Source of the DNA: a virus
Lineage: Duplodnaviria; Caudoviricetes
Strand: one strand, 5' to 3'
IMG/VR virus record: IMGVR_UViG_3300050160_000034
Coordinates: 1-38,961 of that record
DNA: 38,961 nt
Shown in pieces: positions 7,769 to 15,760 of this stretch. Positions within the stretch are counted from its first letter, which is position 1. Every line of letters starts with the position of its first letter. Position numbers and translations under genes: made by a program. The notes below the pieces were generated by a model, which saw nothing but the letters and a program-made list of their open reading frames with translations, made no database searches and was not told where the DNA came from.

Positions 7769-8136
7769 GTGGCGGGGCATTTGATTACAAGCAATATTAC
7801 ATTACAGATATTGCAGAAGATATAAAAAGAATGATTGTTAATGAGGCCAGCACAGGACTTAATGAGTATGGTGACAAAATATCTAATGGCTATACAAAAG
7901 AAACTATCAATGAGTTTAAAACGGCTGTTTATTTGCTTGAGATGGCTGCTATTTACGCACAGCGAGTTGATTGGCTAGTAAGTGATGACGATGGTGAGGA
8001 TTGCTTTCATAGACGGCTTAAAGATGAAATTGAGCCAATATTAAAAACAGTTGTACAAGATAACCAAGAACATATTGACGCTGTAATTGATTTTGCAGTC
8101 AATGAAGCACTAGCAAAAGCAAAGGATAACCCATGA
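7765..8136 (+). CDS. Acidic phage hypothetical protein
   Basis: MSGGAFDY...DWLVSDDDGED motifs; GGAG RBS. Confidence 0.8.
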   Translation: MSGGAFDYKQYYITDIAEDIKRMIVNEASTGLNEYGDKISNGYTKETINEFKTAVYLLEMAAIYAQRVDWLVSDDDGEDCFHRRLKDEIEPILKTVVQDNQEHIDAVIDFAVNEALAKAKDNP

Positions 8137-8444
8137 CCCCACACAAATACGCAGAACTATTGAGATACGCGGCTGATAATGCAGATGCTAGGTTTACCAG
8201 TGAAAATCAAGTTAAAAAATATGGCGATTGGGTGAGTAAACCAGTGACCATTGAAGTTGTATTGGAAAATAAAGATTTTGACGACTGGCAAATATACAAA
8301 GAGCCAGTGACAGAGGTTTGCTACTACAGACACAGAGTAAAAGACTTTATCAGGATTGAGCCTGACCTCGAAAAGTGGGATATGAAAATAACCTACATTG
8401 ACGGCAAGGCACAGAAAGCGGAGTTTAGCGAGGATAGCAAATAA
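8133..8444 (+). CDS. Hypothetical protein
   Basis: MTPHKYAELL start, AAGGA RBS, ATGA overlap. Confidence 0.75.
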   Translation: MTPHKYAELLRYAADNADARFTSENQVKKYGDWVSKPVTIEVVLENKDFDDWQIYKEPVTEVCYYRHRVKDFIRIEPDLEKWDMKITYIDGKAQKAEFSEDSK

Positions 8445-8524
8445 TGTACTTTGAGAGAATAAAAGTTAATGGCGTTTGGTATAAAAGAACATCACCTGAT
8501 GGCGAGTTGGAGTTGGCAGAATGA
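8444..8524 (+). CDS. 26-aa peptide (not in ORF track)
   Basis: MYFERIKVNGVWYKRTSPDGELELAE; GAGGA RBS; coupled at both ends. Confidence 0.55.
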   Translation: MYFERIKVNGVWYKRTSPDGELELAE

Positions 8525-8667
8525 TTAAACGCTTAATAGCCTACCTATTCCGCCCTCGCTATCTTGTGGTGATGGATGATGGTACAAAGACAATATTAAT
8601 GAGCTACAGTGACGCGGCTGATTTTGCTGATGTTTACGGTGGCGAAGTGGTGAGAGGTGATGAATGA
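8521..8667 (+). CDS. 48-aa protein (not in ORF track)
   Basis: MIKRLIAYLFRPRY...VVRGDE; GGAG RBS; ATGA overlaps at both ends. Confidence 0.65.
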   Translation: MIKRLIAYLFRPRYLVVMDDGTKTILMSYSDAADFADVYGGEVVRGDE

Positions 8668-9065
8668 GTAATAGAGAACAGTTTGAACAGTGGCATAAGT
8701 CAGAATATCAAGGCCACAATAGTTACGTTTACAAGCACGATACAACAGCCTACATAGATGATTTTGTTGAAATGTCTTGGATGGGCTACCAAGCCGCATG
8801 GCAACACCAGCAAGCCAAGATTGATGCGCTAGAGAGTTTAGTAAAGCACCGTTATTCTGAGGGTTATGAAGCCGCAAGTATTGAGCTAGTTGGCAAAATC
8901 CAAGAGTTACATTCTAAGTTAGATGATTTGCTTAACCATTGCACCATTGACGAGTGTGAGACTTGCGCAACGATAATCTGCCCTCATAAAGAGCCGTTTC
9001 ACTTTCACCATGACGGTTGCCCTGCTTGCGCTGAACATGAATCAATACAAAAGGACACCAAATGA
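8664..9065 (+). CDS. Hypothetical protein with Cys/His-rich C-terminus
   Basis: REQFEQW...WMGYQAA N-terminus; CETCATIICPH..PFHFHHDGCPAC. Confidence 0.8.
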   Translation: MSNREQFEQWHKSEYQGHNSYVYKHDTTAYIDDFVEMSWMGYQAAWQHQQAKIDALESLVKHRYSEGYEAASIELVGKIQELHSKLDDLLNHCTIDECETCATIICPHKEPFHFHHDGCPACAEHESIQKDTK

Positions 9066-9244
9066 CACAACAAATAATTGATGATGCGAAGGACTGTGCA
9101 GACTGTAACGGCAGTGGTGACTTAGTAAACATTGAAGGGGAATGGTGCGGCTACTGCCCTTTATGTTGTGGCACTGGCAATTCAAACTTTCAATATGGCG
9201 CAGAAAGAAAGGCTAAAGATGACACACAAATTAGTGCCGATTGA
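9062..9244 (+). CDS. Small DnaJ-type zinc-finger protein
   Basis: Two CxxCxGxG motifs (CADCNGSG, CPLCCGTG). Confidence 0.65.
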   Translation: MTQQIIDDAKDCADCNGSGDLVNIEGEWCGYCPLCCGTGNSNFQYGAERKAKDDTQISAD

Positions 9245-9725
9245 GCTAACAGAAGAAATGGACGAAGCAGCAAGAAAAGTTTGCCATGAAATGCAAGGAT
9301 GTATCGACCCTGTACAGCATGTTTGGGAAGCGATTCTAAAACATGCACCATCGGTAGAGAGTGAGCCAGTGGCTTTAAGAGCTATGAAAATAACTTGGCA
9401 AGATGATAGCAGTTACGAATGGAGTAATGCTGATTGGGGGTTTAGTATTTTTCATGATGAAGGTAAATATTACGCGGCTTGGGGTGAAGGCGATAGCGAA
9501 GCATTTAACACGTTTGATGACGCTTCTGCTTGTTGCCAAAAATGGGCTGATGACTTTATAGCTAAAACAACCACCCCACCATCCGAATCAGCACGAATCG
9601 CAAATCTTGAGGCTAAGTTGAATTTGGCGAGAGAGGCGTTGCAGAAAATATGGGATGGCACTGGCAGTAACTTTAACGCTCAAATGTGCGCTGTAGAAGC
9701 ACTTAAACAGATAGGTGAAGCATGA
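9219..9725 (+). CDS. Mosaic early hypothetical protein
   Basis: Likely start MTHKLVPIELTEEM; ...AP...EPVA linker typical of lambdoid Ea-region proteins. Confidence 0.75.
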   Translation: MTHKLVPIELTEEMDEAARKVCHEMQGCIDPVQHVWEAILKHAPSVESEPVALRAMKITWQDDSSYEWSNADWGFSIFHDEGKYYAAWGEGDSEAFNTFDDASACCQKWADDFIAKTTTPPSESARIANLEAKLNLAREALQKIWDGTGSNFNAQMCAVEALKQIGEA

Positions 9726-9982
9726 TGATTGACCAATACGTAAAAGCACATGGCTTTGGCAAGACGGTAGATGAGCAAATAATTGAAAATTGCGTTAGGT
9801 CACTTATCATTAAACAAAACGCTGAAATGGCACAACTCGAAGCCGACAAAGCGAGATTGTTGGAATCTTCTGAATGGCTTGTTGAGTGCATGGAAGATAT
9901 AAACGATGACATATCAGCAGAAGATTTAACTAATGCAGTTTTAGATTTAAGCGAGCTGATTTCAGAAATGAAAGCTAAATAA
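9722..9982 (+). CDS. Hypothetical acidic helical protein
   Basis: ATGA-coupled 86-aa ORF. Confidence 0.7.
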   Translation: MMIDQYVKAHGFGKTVDEQIIENCVRSLIIKQNAEMAQLEADKARLLESSEWLVECMEDINDDISAEDLTNAVLDLSELISEMKAK

Positions 9983-10101
9983 TGCCTAACCCAAGCAAAC
10001 TAACAATAGCAATAATCATAGCCGCACTCATCGCTTACATATACATAGCATGGCAGGATGAGCAAGAGGTGTACGCGCTAGCACAGGTAGAAGGATATTA
10101 G
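9982..10101 (+). CDS. 39-aa membrane peptide (not in ORF track)
   Basis: MPNPSKLTIAIIIAALIAYIYIAWQDEQ...; TAATG coupling. Confidence 0.6.
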   Translation: MPNPSKLTIAIIIAALIAYIYIAWQDEQEVYALAQVEGY

Positions 10102-10104
10102 AAA

Positions 10105-10284
10105 ATGAGCGAGAAAAAATACAGACCAATAGATGTGCAAAAAGAGTTTGGCATCTGCAACAAGACCATGTACAACTGGATAAGCAAAGGCATATTGCGT
10201 AAGCCTGACATTCAATCAGGTAACTTTACAATGTGGCTTGGCAACCCTTTAGCACCCAATCAGAGTACCAGTCCATCAGCTTAA
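10105..10284 (+). CDS. xis: Excisionase/AlpA-like recombination directionality factor (59 aa, not in ORF track)
   Basis: MSEKKYRPIDVQKEFGICNKTMYNWISKGILRKPD...W; AAGGA RBS; last early gene, convergent with and overlapping the int 3' end. Confidence 0.8.
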   Translation: MSEKKYRPIDVQKEFGICNKTMYNWISKGILRKPDIQSGNFTMWLGNPLAPNQSTSPSA

Positions 10285-11371
10285 TGCGTTCCTCAAGATA
10301 TTCAGCGCGGTTATACGCAGCCCTAACCGCATCTGATTCTTTATGCGCAAGCTGGCGCTCTATAACGTCACTCTTAAATGGTGATTCCTGATTCAACACA
10401 GTAGATGCAAGCGCCCTAAATCCGTGACCTGTCATTTTGCCTCGATAGCCCATGCGATAGAGCGCATCTAAAAAGAAGTTTTCACTAACAGGCTTATCGC
10501 GTTTAATGGGTGAATGTAGCACAAACTCACAATCACCTGTAATCGGTTCAATACCTCGCAATACCTCAAGGGTGAGTTTAGATAATGGCACTACATGAGG
10601 CCGTTTCATTTTCATGCGTTCGGCTGGTATCACCCAAAAGCACTTGTCTTTTATCTCACTCCAGCGCATATAGCGTAATTCACTGGTGCGAACGAACGTT
10701 AAGCAAAGCAACATTAAGCCAGTACGCGCCATTATTTCATCGTAGTTATATATTGACTTCAACAATGCTGGTGCATCGCTTAATGGCACACATGGCATAT
10801 TTTTAGTCTTAGGCGTTTGTAGCACACGACTTAAGCCAATCGCGCTATGTGATTCAATATGACCCATGTCAACCGCATAATCAAAAACTTGGCGTATATG
10901 AGTGCCTACACGGTGCGCTGTTTCGATTATCCCTCCTTGCTGAATACTTTGTACCACCTCCACCAGATTAACGCGCCTAATCGCGTCAATTTGCATATGG
11001 CCTATCTTTGGTGAAACGAATGTATCTAGGCGGTAAATGACCTGTTGCTTATGCTTGATGTTTTTGAGCTTTGGCAGTTTGTGCAAGTACCAGTCTTTTT
11101 TTACCTTATCGAAAGTTGGCACAGTGTTAAACATACCTAATGCTTGAGCATCTTTAAACTGTGAATTGAGTAGCCTAGCTTTGGCAAGGCTAATGTCAGG
11201 ATAGCGCCCAAAAGTATGTGTTTTATGCTTGCCTGTTACCTTATCGCGGTAATTGCAGCGCCATGATTTAATGTTTCTAGGCGTGATGACAATGTACAGG
11301 CCGTGAGAATCAGCTATTTTGTACTGTGTAGATTTAGGCTTTGCGCCATCAATGGTTTTATTGGTCAGCAA
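10226..11371 (-). CDS. int: Tyrosine integrase, P4/IntA-like
   Basis: Arm-binding N-terminus YKIADSHGLYI; catalytic VRTSE, HGFR, QLAH and AYNR motifs. Confidence 0.97.
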   Translation of the reverse strand: MLTNKTIDGAKPKSTQYKIADSHGLYIVITPRNIKSWRCNYRDKVTGKHKTHTFGRYPDISLAKARLLNSQFKDAQALGMFNTVPTFDKVKKDWYLHKLPKLKNIKHKQQVIYRLDTFVSPKIGHMQIDAIRRVNLVEVVQSIQQGGIIETAHRVGTHIRQVFDYAVDMGHIESHSAIGLSRVLQTPKTKNMPCVPLSDAPALLKSIYNYDEIMARTGLMLLCLTFVRTSELRYMRWSEIKDKCFWVIPAERMKMKRPHVVPLSKLTLEVLRGIEPITGDCEFVLHSPIKRDKPVSENFFLDALYRMGYRGKMTGHGFRALASTVLNQESPFKSDVIERQLAHKESDAVRAAYNRAEYLEERIKLMDWYSDWVLKGCQATL

Positions 11372-11601
11372 TTCAATACCTCAAATCGCTTTTTCAATAC
11401 CTTGCGTGATACCTTGCAAGGCTGTTACACAGTAGTAAATTAAAGTAAACATGATTACACACCATTACACACTAAAGGCGTGAATCTTATGGGATTTTTA
11501 CAGATAAGTAAACATCAATACAGATGATTACAGGAGGTGTTGGAGGCGCGAACCCAAGTCATAAAATGAATTAAATCAATTACATATTTTATTAATACCC
11601 T
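11372..11601. other. attP: tRNA-Cys-like core flanked by arm-type repeats
   Basis: Minus strand 11560-11541 reads GACTTGGGTTCGCGCCTCCA; (CA/TA/TG)ATACC repeats at 11372, 11393, 11406 and 11592; TTACA-like repeats between. Confidence 0.8.
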
Positions 11602-11604
11602 AAA

Positions 11605-12015
11605 TTATTTCAATATTGAAGGGCAACCAACATCTTTTACCCTGTTATCATACACGACTGCTTGCTCGTTTAAAATCTTGATGGCTTTGCATTTGACGAA
11701 CACAGTATCTTGTGAGATGTTTATAATCCATCCCCATTTTACATGGCAAACAAAAGTTGCAATGCACTCATCTGGTAATGGCGCTGGCACATAACGCACT
11801 GCACCTTTAGCTGTCACTTCTTTTATCCACTCACCACCAATTTTAACCCATTCTGGCTGTACGCTATCAGGTTCAGTTATGGGTATGCGCACTAGCTTTT
11901 GTGTGGCTTTCGTTGGCGTGACGTTGTAAGTGTTGTATCGCTCTGGCTGAGGTGTCCACACTGTTGCTGCATAAAGATTCGTTGTAAGCAGAAACATCAT
12001 CAATATTTTAATCAT
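11605..12015 (-). CDS. Exported protein with signal peptide and 4 Cys
   Basis: Probable start MIKILMMFLLTTNLYA (AAGG RBS). Confidence 0.7.
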   Translation of the reverse strand: MIKILMMFLLTTNLYAATVWTPQPERYNTYNVTPTKATQKLVRIPITEPDSVQPEWVKIGGEWIKEVTAKGAVRYVPAPLPDECIATFVCHVKWGWIINISQDTVFVKCKAIKILNEQAVVYDNRVKDVGCPSILK

Positions 12016-12187
12016 CGTTTTGCACCTTAAATAATTCAATCAATTCAAATTCTGCTTCGTTGTACTTTGGCTTTGTCTTGCGCAAAATAACTTTGCTTTG
12101 TGTCGTCTTGCTGACCAGTGCATAGGCAAATGGGCGCTTTGGCGTATAAACACCGCGAGCTAGTCCACTTGGTTGATGCGTTTTCAT
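12008..12187 (-). CDS. 59-aa basic protein (not in ORF track)
   Basis: MKTHQPSGLARG...FKVQNDD; ATGA overlap with the i-spanin stop. Confidence 0.6.
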   Translation of the reverse strand: MKTHQPSGLARGVYTPKRPFAYALVSKTTQSKVILRKTKPKYNEAEFELIELFKVQNDD

Positions 12188-12702
12188 TCTGCGTTGTGTG
12201 TCGTTTCATAAGCCTTTACATCATCGTAAAGAGCTTTGTAATCTATGGCGCAACTTTTACCTGCGTCGATAAGTTGAGTAATGGCGCCGTCGCAATCTCG
12301 TTCGGCTTTGGGTGATTCTTGGTTATGTTCACCTTGTTTGGCTTCGCTATAATTGACACGGTTTTGGTACACGCGCAAAGCGTCAAACAAACTGCCATTA
12401 GTGCTAATCTTTTCATTGAGTGCCTTTCTGATTTTGTCACGGTCTAGGTTAAGTGCTTTGTATTGCGCGTCACGTTCTGCCAATATGCCAACTTGAGTCT
12501 TTTTATAGACTTCATCACGTACTCGCATTGCTTCAGCCGCTACTTCATAAGCCGCAACCATCGCTACGTATTTATCTTTGTACTCATCACGCTCATTGAT
12601 AAGCGCGTTTAATTTGAACAGGCAGGCCCCTACTATCAACCCGATTAAAATAACGCGCCATTGAGAGCGTAAAAATGAGCAAATTTTTAATAAAGTAAGC
12701 AT
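12184..12702 (-). CDS. Rz-like inner-membrane spanin
   Basis: N-terminal TM helix, coiled coil, embedded lipoprotein gene. Confidence 0.8.
   Translation of the reverse strand: MLTLLKICSFLRSQWRVILIGLIVGACLFKLNALINERDEYKDKYVAMVAAYEVAAEAMRVRDEVYKKTQVGILAERDAQYKALNLDRDKIRKALNEKISTNGSLFDALRVYQNRVNYSEAKQGEHNQESPKAERDCDGAITQLIDAGKSCAIDYKALYDDVKAYETTHNAE
12243..12416 (-). CDS. Rz1-like outer-membrane spanin (embedded lipoprotein)
   Basis: MKRLALMAVCLTLCAC lipobox, Pro-containing body, nested in another frame of Rz. Confidence 0.75.
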   Translation of the reverse strand: MKRLALMAVCLTLCACTKTVSIIAKPNKVNITKNHPKPNEIATAPLLNLSTQVKVAP

Positions 12703-12704
12703 AA

Positions 12705-13748
12705 CTAAGCCCTTAGATATTTAAGATAATCAGCAGCCGCTTGAGCATCCCAAAATGGCTTGATTAACTCGGCTTCATTTTCAGCTTTTGGATTAATAAC
12801 GATTGTCACGCTTGGGCTAATGCGTTGTTCTGTAAATCCGCCTTCATCTGCGTACTCGTCAATTATTTTGTAACCAGAAATGATAAACGCCCATGAAATC
12901 TTGCCTTGTGGGTGAACCTTCATCAATGCGCCATCAATGTGCTTGTGACCTGATAAATAAACATGGTCACGCTGTTCACCGCCAAAGTGTTGAGCTTTAA
13001 TGTGCCCTTGCAATGGGTGATACATTGAGTGACCGCGAAAGTCATGACGCGCATTTAGTCTAACCTGTCTGCCATTGTCAAAGTTAAGCGCAATTCTTGC
13101 CCCATGCGCACTTACAACACCGCTTTGGCTGCGCATCACAAAGTTAATTAAATCCATGCCGTTATTCCAGCAGTCATGATTGCCGCCAATCACAAACAAG
13201 TTAGGCGCTTTGTTTAACATCCATTCCATCAGCGTGAGAGCTTGCGCGGCTGTTGTTGTTTGGTTAGCGTATAACCTTGCTAGCCTGCCCACCCAATTAT
13301 TCGTTAAGTCGCCAACATGCCCTGCAAACATACCTTCAGTGCGCTCGATAATCTCTAAGTCACTTTTGAGAGCTACAATGTCGCACCCATCATCATCAAT
13401 ATGTGGGTCGCCAATTAAACACACTGCAATAGGCTTATCGCCTTTAACTTTAATGTTGATGAGTTCGTTAAAGTCTTTAGCCGCTTTTTTGCGCTCATAC
13501 AATTTAATCTTGTGCGCAATGAGTTCATCGGCTGTTAAGTCGCTTGGTGGCGCTTGTGGGATAGTGATGATTTGCTGTGGTATTTCTTTTTCTGATTTAT
13601 CTTTTAGTGCTTGTATTGCGGATTGCACTGTTGATTTGTTGATGCCTAAAGCAATGCCAGCTTTACGCTGCGAGCCGTGCTCTAATACTGCGTTTAATAC
13701 TTCAAGTTGACGAGGTGTTGCGTATTTTGCTAGCTCTTGTATGTTCAT
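12705..13748 (-). CDS. HTH-fused calcineurin-like metallophosphoesterase
   Basis: GSQRKAGIALGINKSTV HTH; GDPH, GDLTNN, GNHD and GHKH motifs. Confidence 0.88.
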   Translation of the reverse strand: MNIQELAKYATPRQLEVLNAVLEHGSQRKAGIALGINKSTVQSAIQALKDKSEKEIPQQIITIPQAPPSDLTADELIAHKIKLYERKKAAKDFNELINIKVKGDKPIAVCLIGDPHIDDDGCDIVALKSDLEIIERTEGMFAGHVGDLTNNWVGRLARLYANQTTTAAQALTLMEWMLNKAPNLFVIGGNHDCWNNGMDLINFVMRSQSGVVSAHGARIALNFDNGRQVRLNARHDFRGHSMYHPLQGHIKAQHFGGEQRDHVYLSGHKHIDGALMKVHPQGKISWAFIISGYKIIDEYADEGGFTEQRISPSVTIVINPKAENEAELIKPFWDAQAAADYLKYLRA

Positions 13749-13750
13749 AT

Positions 13751-13915
13751 TTAGTCTTTAATAATCCATTCAAGCGCAGCGTGAGTGAAGTCTGAATCGT
13801 TCAATGTGTCAAAGTAATCATCTGTTAAAACGTGAGCCTTGACGTTATCAATGGCAATATCTAGGCTAGTTGTTTGCAATGTGAAGCCGTCTGGTAAACC
13901 TTGAATTGAGTACAT
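13751..13915 (-). CDS. 54-aa acidic protein (not in ORF track)
   Basis: MYSIQGLPDGFTLQ...ALEWIIKD; AAAGG RBS; fills the gap between neighbours. Confidence 0.65.
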   Translation of the reverse strand: MYSIQGLPDGFTLQTTSLDIAIDNVKAHVLTDDYFDTLNDSDFTHAALEWIIKD

Positions 13916-13924
13916 ATCAACCTT

Positions 13925-14425
13925 TCAATATTCACTTGTGCTAAGTTCAGCACTTAAAATCGGGAGTGGGTAAGATGGTGGAATTGAGCCTTGCACATCA
14001 GGCCATCTATAAGCAACAAATGCACTGCGTTTAAATGCTGAAGTTTTCACCATGTCGTTTTGGTTGCCGCCTAGCATAAGCAGATTGCCAGCGTTATCGC
14101 GCCCAATAATAAAACCTACGTGATATTGACCGTTGCTATTTTTAATCACGCCTATACAGCCTTGAATAGGCACTTGGCAAGGTAAGCCATGTGTAGCAAA
14201 TGCTCTCGCTCTGTACCATTCTTTCGGCACTGGTAAGCCTGCTTGAATTAAGCAGTAGCGCACAAATGCACCACACCACGGCAAAGCAGAATCATCTTTT
14301 TTGCTATTCCATAACCAGGGGATGCTATCCCACAAGCGCACAATAAATGGCGTTGATTGCAGCCCTTTAATCTCTCTTACGCCTATGTGCTTTCTAGCTT
14401 CACGAATCCATGCGTATTCCATCAT
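13925..14425 (-). CDS. Endolysin, TIGR02594-type NlpC/P60-CHAP peptidase
   Basis: WIREAR..IGVREI.G, PWCGAFV, HVGF, LGGNQ and YRWP motifs. Confidence 0.9.
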   Translation of the reverse strand: MMEYAWIREARKHIGVREIKGLQSTPFIVRLWDSIPWLWNSKKDDSALPWCGAFVRYCLIQAGLPVPKEWYRARAFATHGLPCQVPIQGCIGVIKNSNGQYHVGFIIGRDNAGNLLMLGGNQNDMVKTSAFKRSAFVAYRWPDVQGSIPPSYPLPILSAELSTSEY

Positions 14426-14667
14426 GAGCCACCATCACTGCCGTCATAAGTCCATGCTGCGCTTGCGATTGCAACCAATACAGCAGAGCCTAGCAACTGC
14501 CACCAGAAACCGATTGTGTGCGTGAAGGCGTAACTAATCACACCGCCACAAACTAGCATCATCAATGCAATGCCGTGTTTAGTCCATTTGCTTGTGCTTT
14601 TGTTTGTTCTATTTGAGTGGTAAACCAACACCGCGAAAAACAAAAGAGCAAAGAGTGAAATAATCAT
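14422..14667 (-). CDS. Holin-like 3-TM protein
   Basis: Three hydrophobic segments; directly upstream of the endolysin. Confidence 0.65.
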   Translation of the reverse strand: MIISLFALLFFAVLVYHSNRTNKSTSKWTKHGIALMMLVCGGVISYAFTHTIGFWWQLLGSAVLVAIASAAWTYDGSDGGS

Positions 14668-15047
14668 TTAGTACCCCCATTCTTTAAAATGATGGGCGCG
14701 TATTTCTGTGCAAAGAATGACACTAGAAAAGCCAGCAACATCGCTGTGTGCTGTTTATTTTGTGAGAGCGCATCAACTAGCCACGGCACGTTATGAGCGA
14801 GGATTGATAAGCCTGCGTTTAGTCCTACCGTTCCAGCCACCACACCAAGCGCAAAACTTGAGCCGATACTTAACGCCATTTTTAACGGTTTCATGGGGTC
14901 GATATATACGTGTGAGATACAAGCGCCCAAAATTGAGAAACCCACAATGGCTGCGAGTACCGCATATTCAATTCCAAAAAATGTGCCTGCCGCAACACTC
15001 CCTGCTGTTATCAGCGATGCGCCAGCTTGTGTAACTGTTTCATCCAT
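14664..15047 (-). CDS. Putative holin
   Basis: Multi-TM 127-aa protein in the lysis cassette. Confidence 0.65.
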   Translation of the reverse strand: MDETVTQAGASLITAGSVAAGTFFGIEYAVLAAIVGFSILGACISHVYIDPMKPLKMALSIGSSFALGVVAGTVGLNAGLSILAHNVPWLVDALSQNKQHTAMLLAFLVSFFAQKYAPIILKNGGTK

Positions 15048-15062
15048 ATATTTTTATCCTTG

Positions 15063-15383
15063 TTAGTCGCAATGGTTGCCGCTTGGGTCTGCAAAGTTAA
15101 GCAAGCCCTCGCAGATAAATTTAGCCAGCTTGAACCGCCAGCCGCTTCGCCTCATGTGCCTTTGTAGGCGGTCTGTAACGAGCCATTCACGAGGTAACTC
15201 TAAAAATAAGACTGCAAACACAGTCACGTTCATAATGAAATCAATCACTAAACCAAACGCTACCAATGGCAAGCCAAGCGCATAGCCTAGCTTAGTGAGT
15301 GTTTTATTGAGGTGCGCACGATATAAAGCCATGACCGCGAGGTATAGCACCCAAAATGCGTATAGTTGAGCGGCTAGAATCAT
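15063..15383 (-). CDS. Phage membrane protein
   Basis: Two TM segments; ELPREWLVTDRL and DPSGNHC motifs; lies between fibre and holin genes. Confidence 0.75.
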   Translation of the reverse strand: MILAAQLYAFWVLYLAVMALYRAHLNKTLTKLGYALGLPLVAFGLVIDFIMNVTVFAVLFLELPREWLVTDRLQRHMRRSGWRFKLAKFICEGLLNFADPSGNHCD

Positions 15384-15751
15384 AAACTAGCCGCCAATGA
15401 GAAAAGGCTATCGAGTGATGCTTCATTCAAGCCCAAAGCCGTTGCCATATTGGTTACTAGGGCATCACTTCTTCGCACCTCTGTTGCGTACTCCCAAGCG
15501 ATTTTGTCTGCATCATTACCGTTTGCAATAGCTAGATTAACTTGCGATAAAACGCCAAATTGAAGCAATGCAAGTCGCGCTTGCCTCATGCTTACAACTG
15601 TTGGAATAATTTGAATTGCAGACGGGTTCTGAATTGCATCAATTTCCTCCTGCGTTGCCTTGCGAGCATCTTTAGGCCATGATTGTAGAGTCAATGCAAA
15701 TCCGTCTGCATCATCATGGAGTTTATTGTCTGGTGTAATGTGTATTGTCAT
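15380..15751 (-). CDS. Tail-fibre assembly/chaperone-like protein
   Basis: SMRQARLAL...WEYATEVRR...LD.LF motif; follows the fibre gene. Confidence 0.7.
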   Translation of the reverse strand: MTIHITPDNKLHDDADGFALTLQSWPKDARKATQEEIDAIQNPSAIQIIPTVVSMRQARLALLQFGVLSQVNLAIANGNDADKIAWEYATEVRRSDALVTNMATALGLNEASLDSLFSLAASL

Positions 15752-15760
15752 GATTTACCT

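Noticed and set aside
11500-11620. Complete tRNA gene
   Set aside because: Only about 20 nt of the 3' end are present; no D or anticodon arm.
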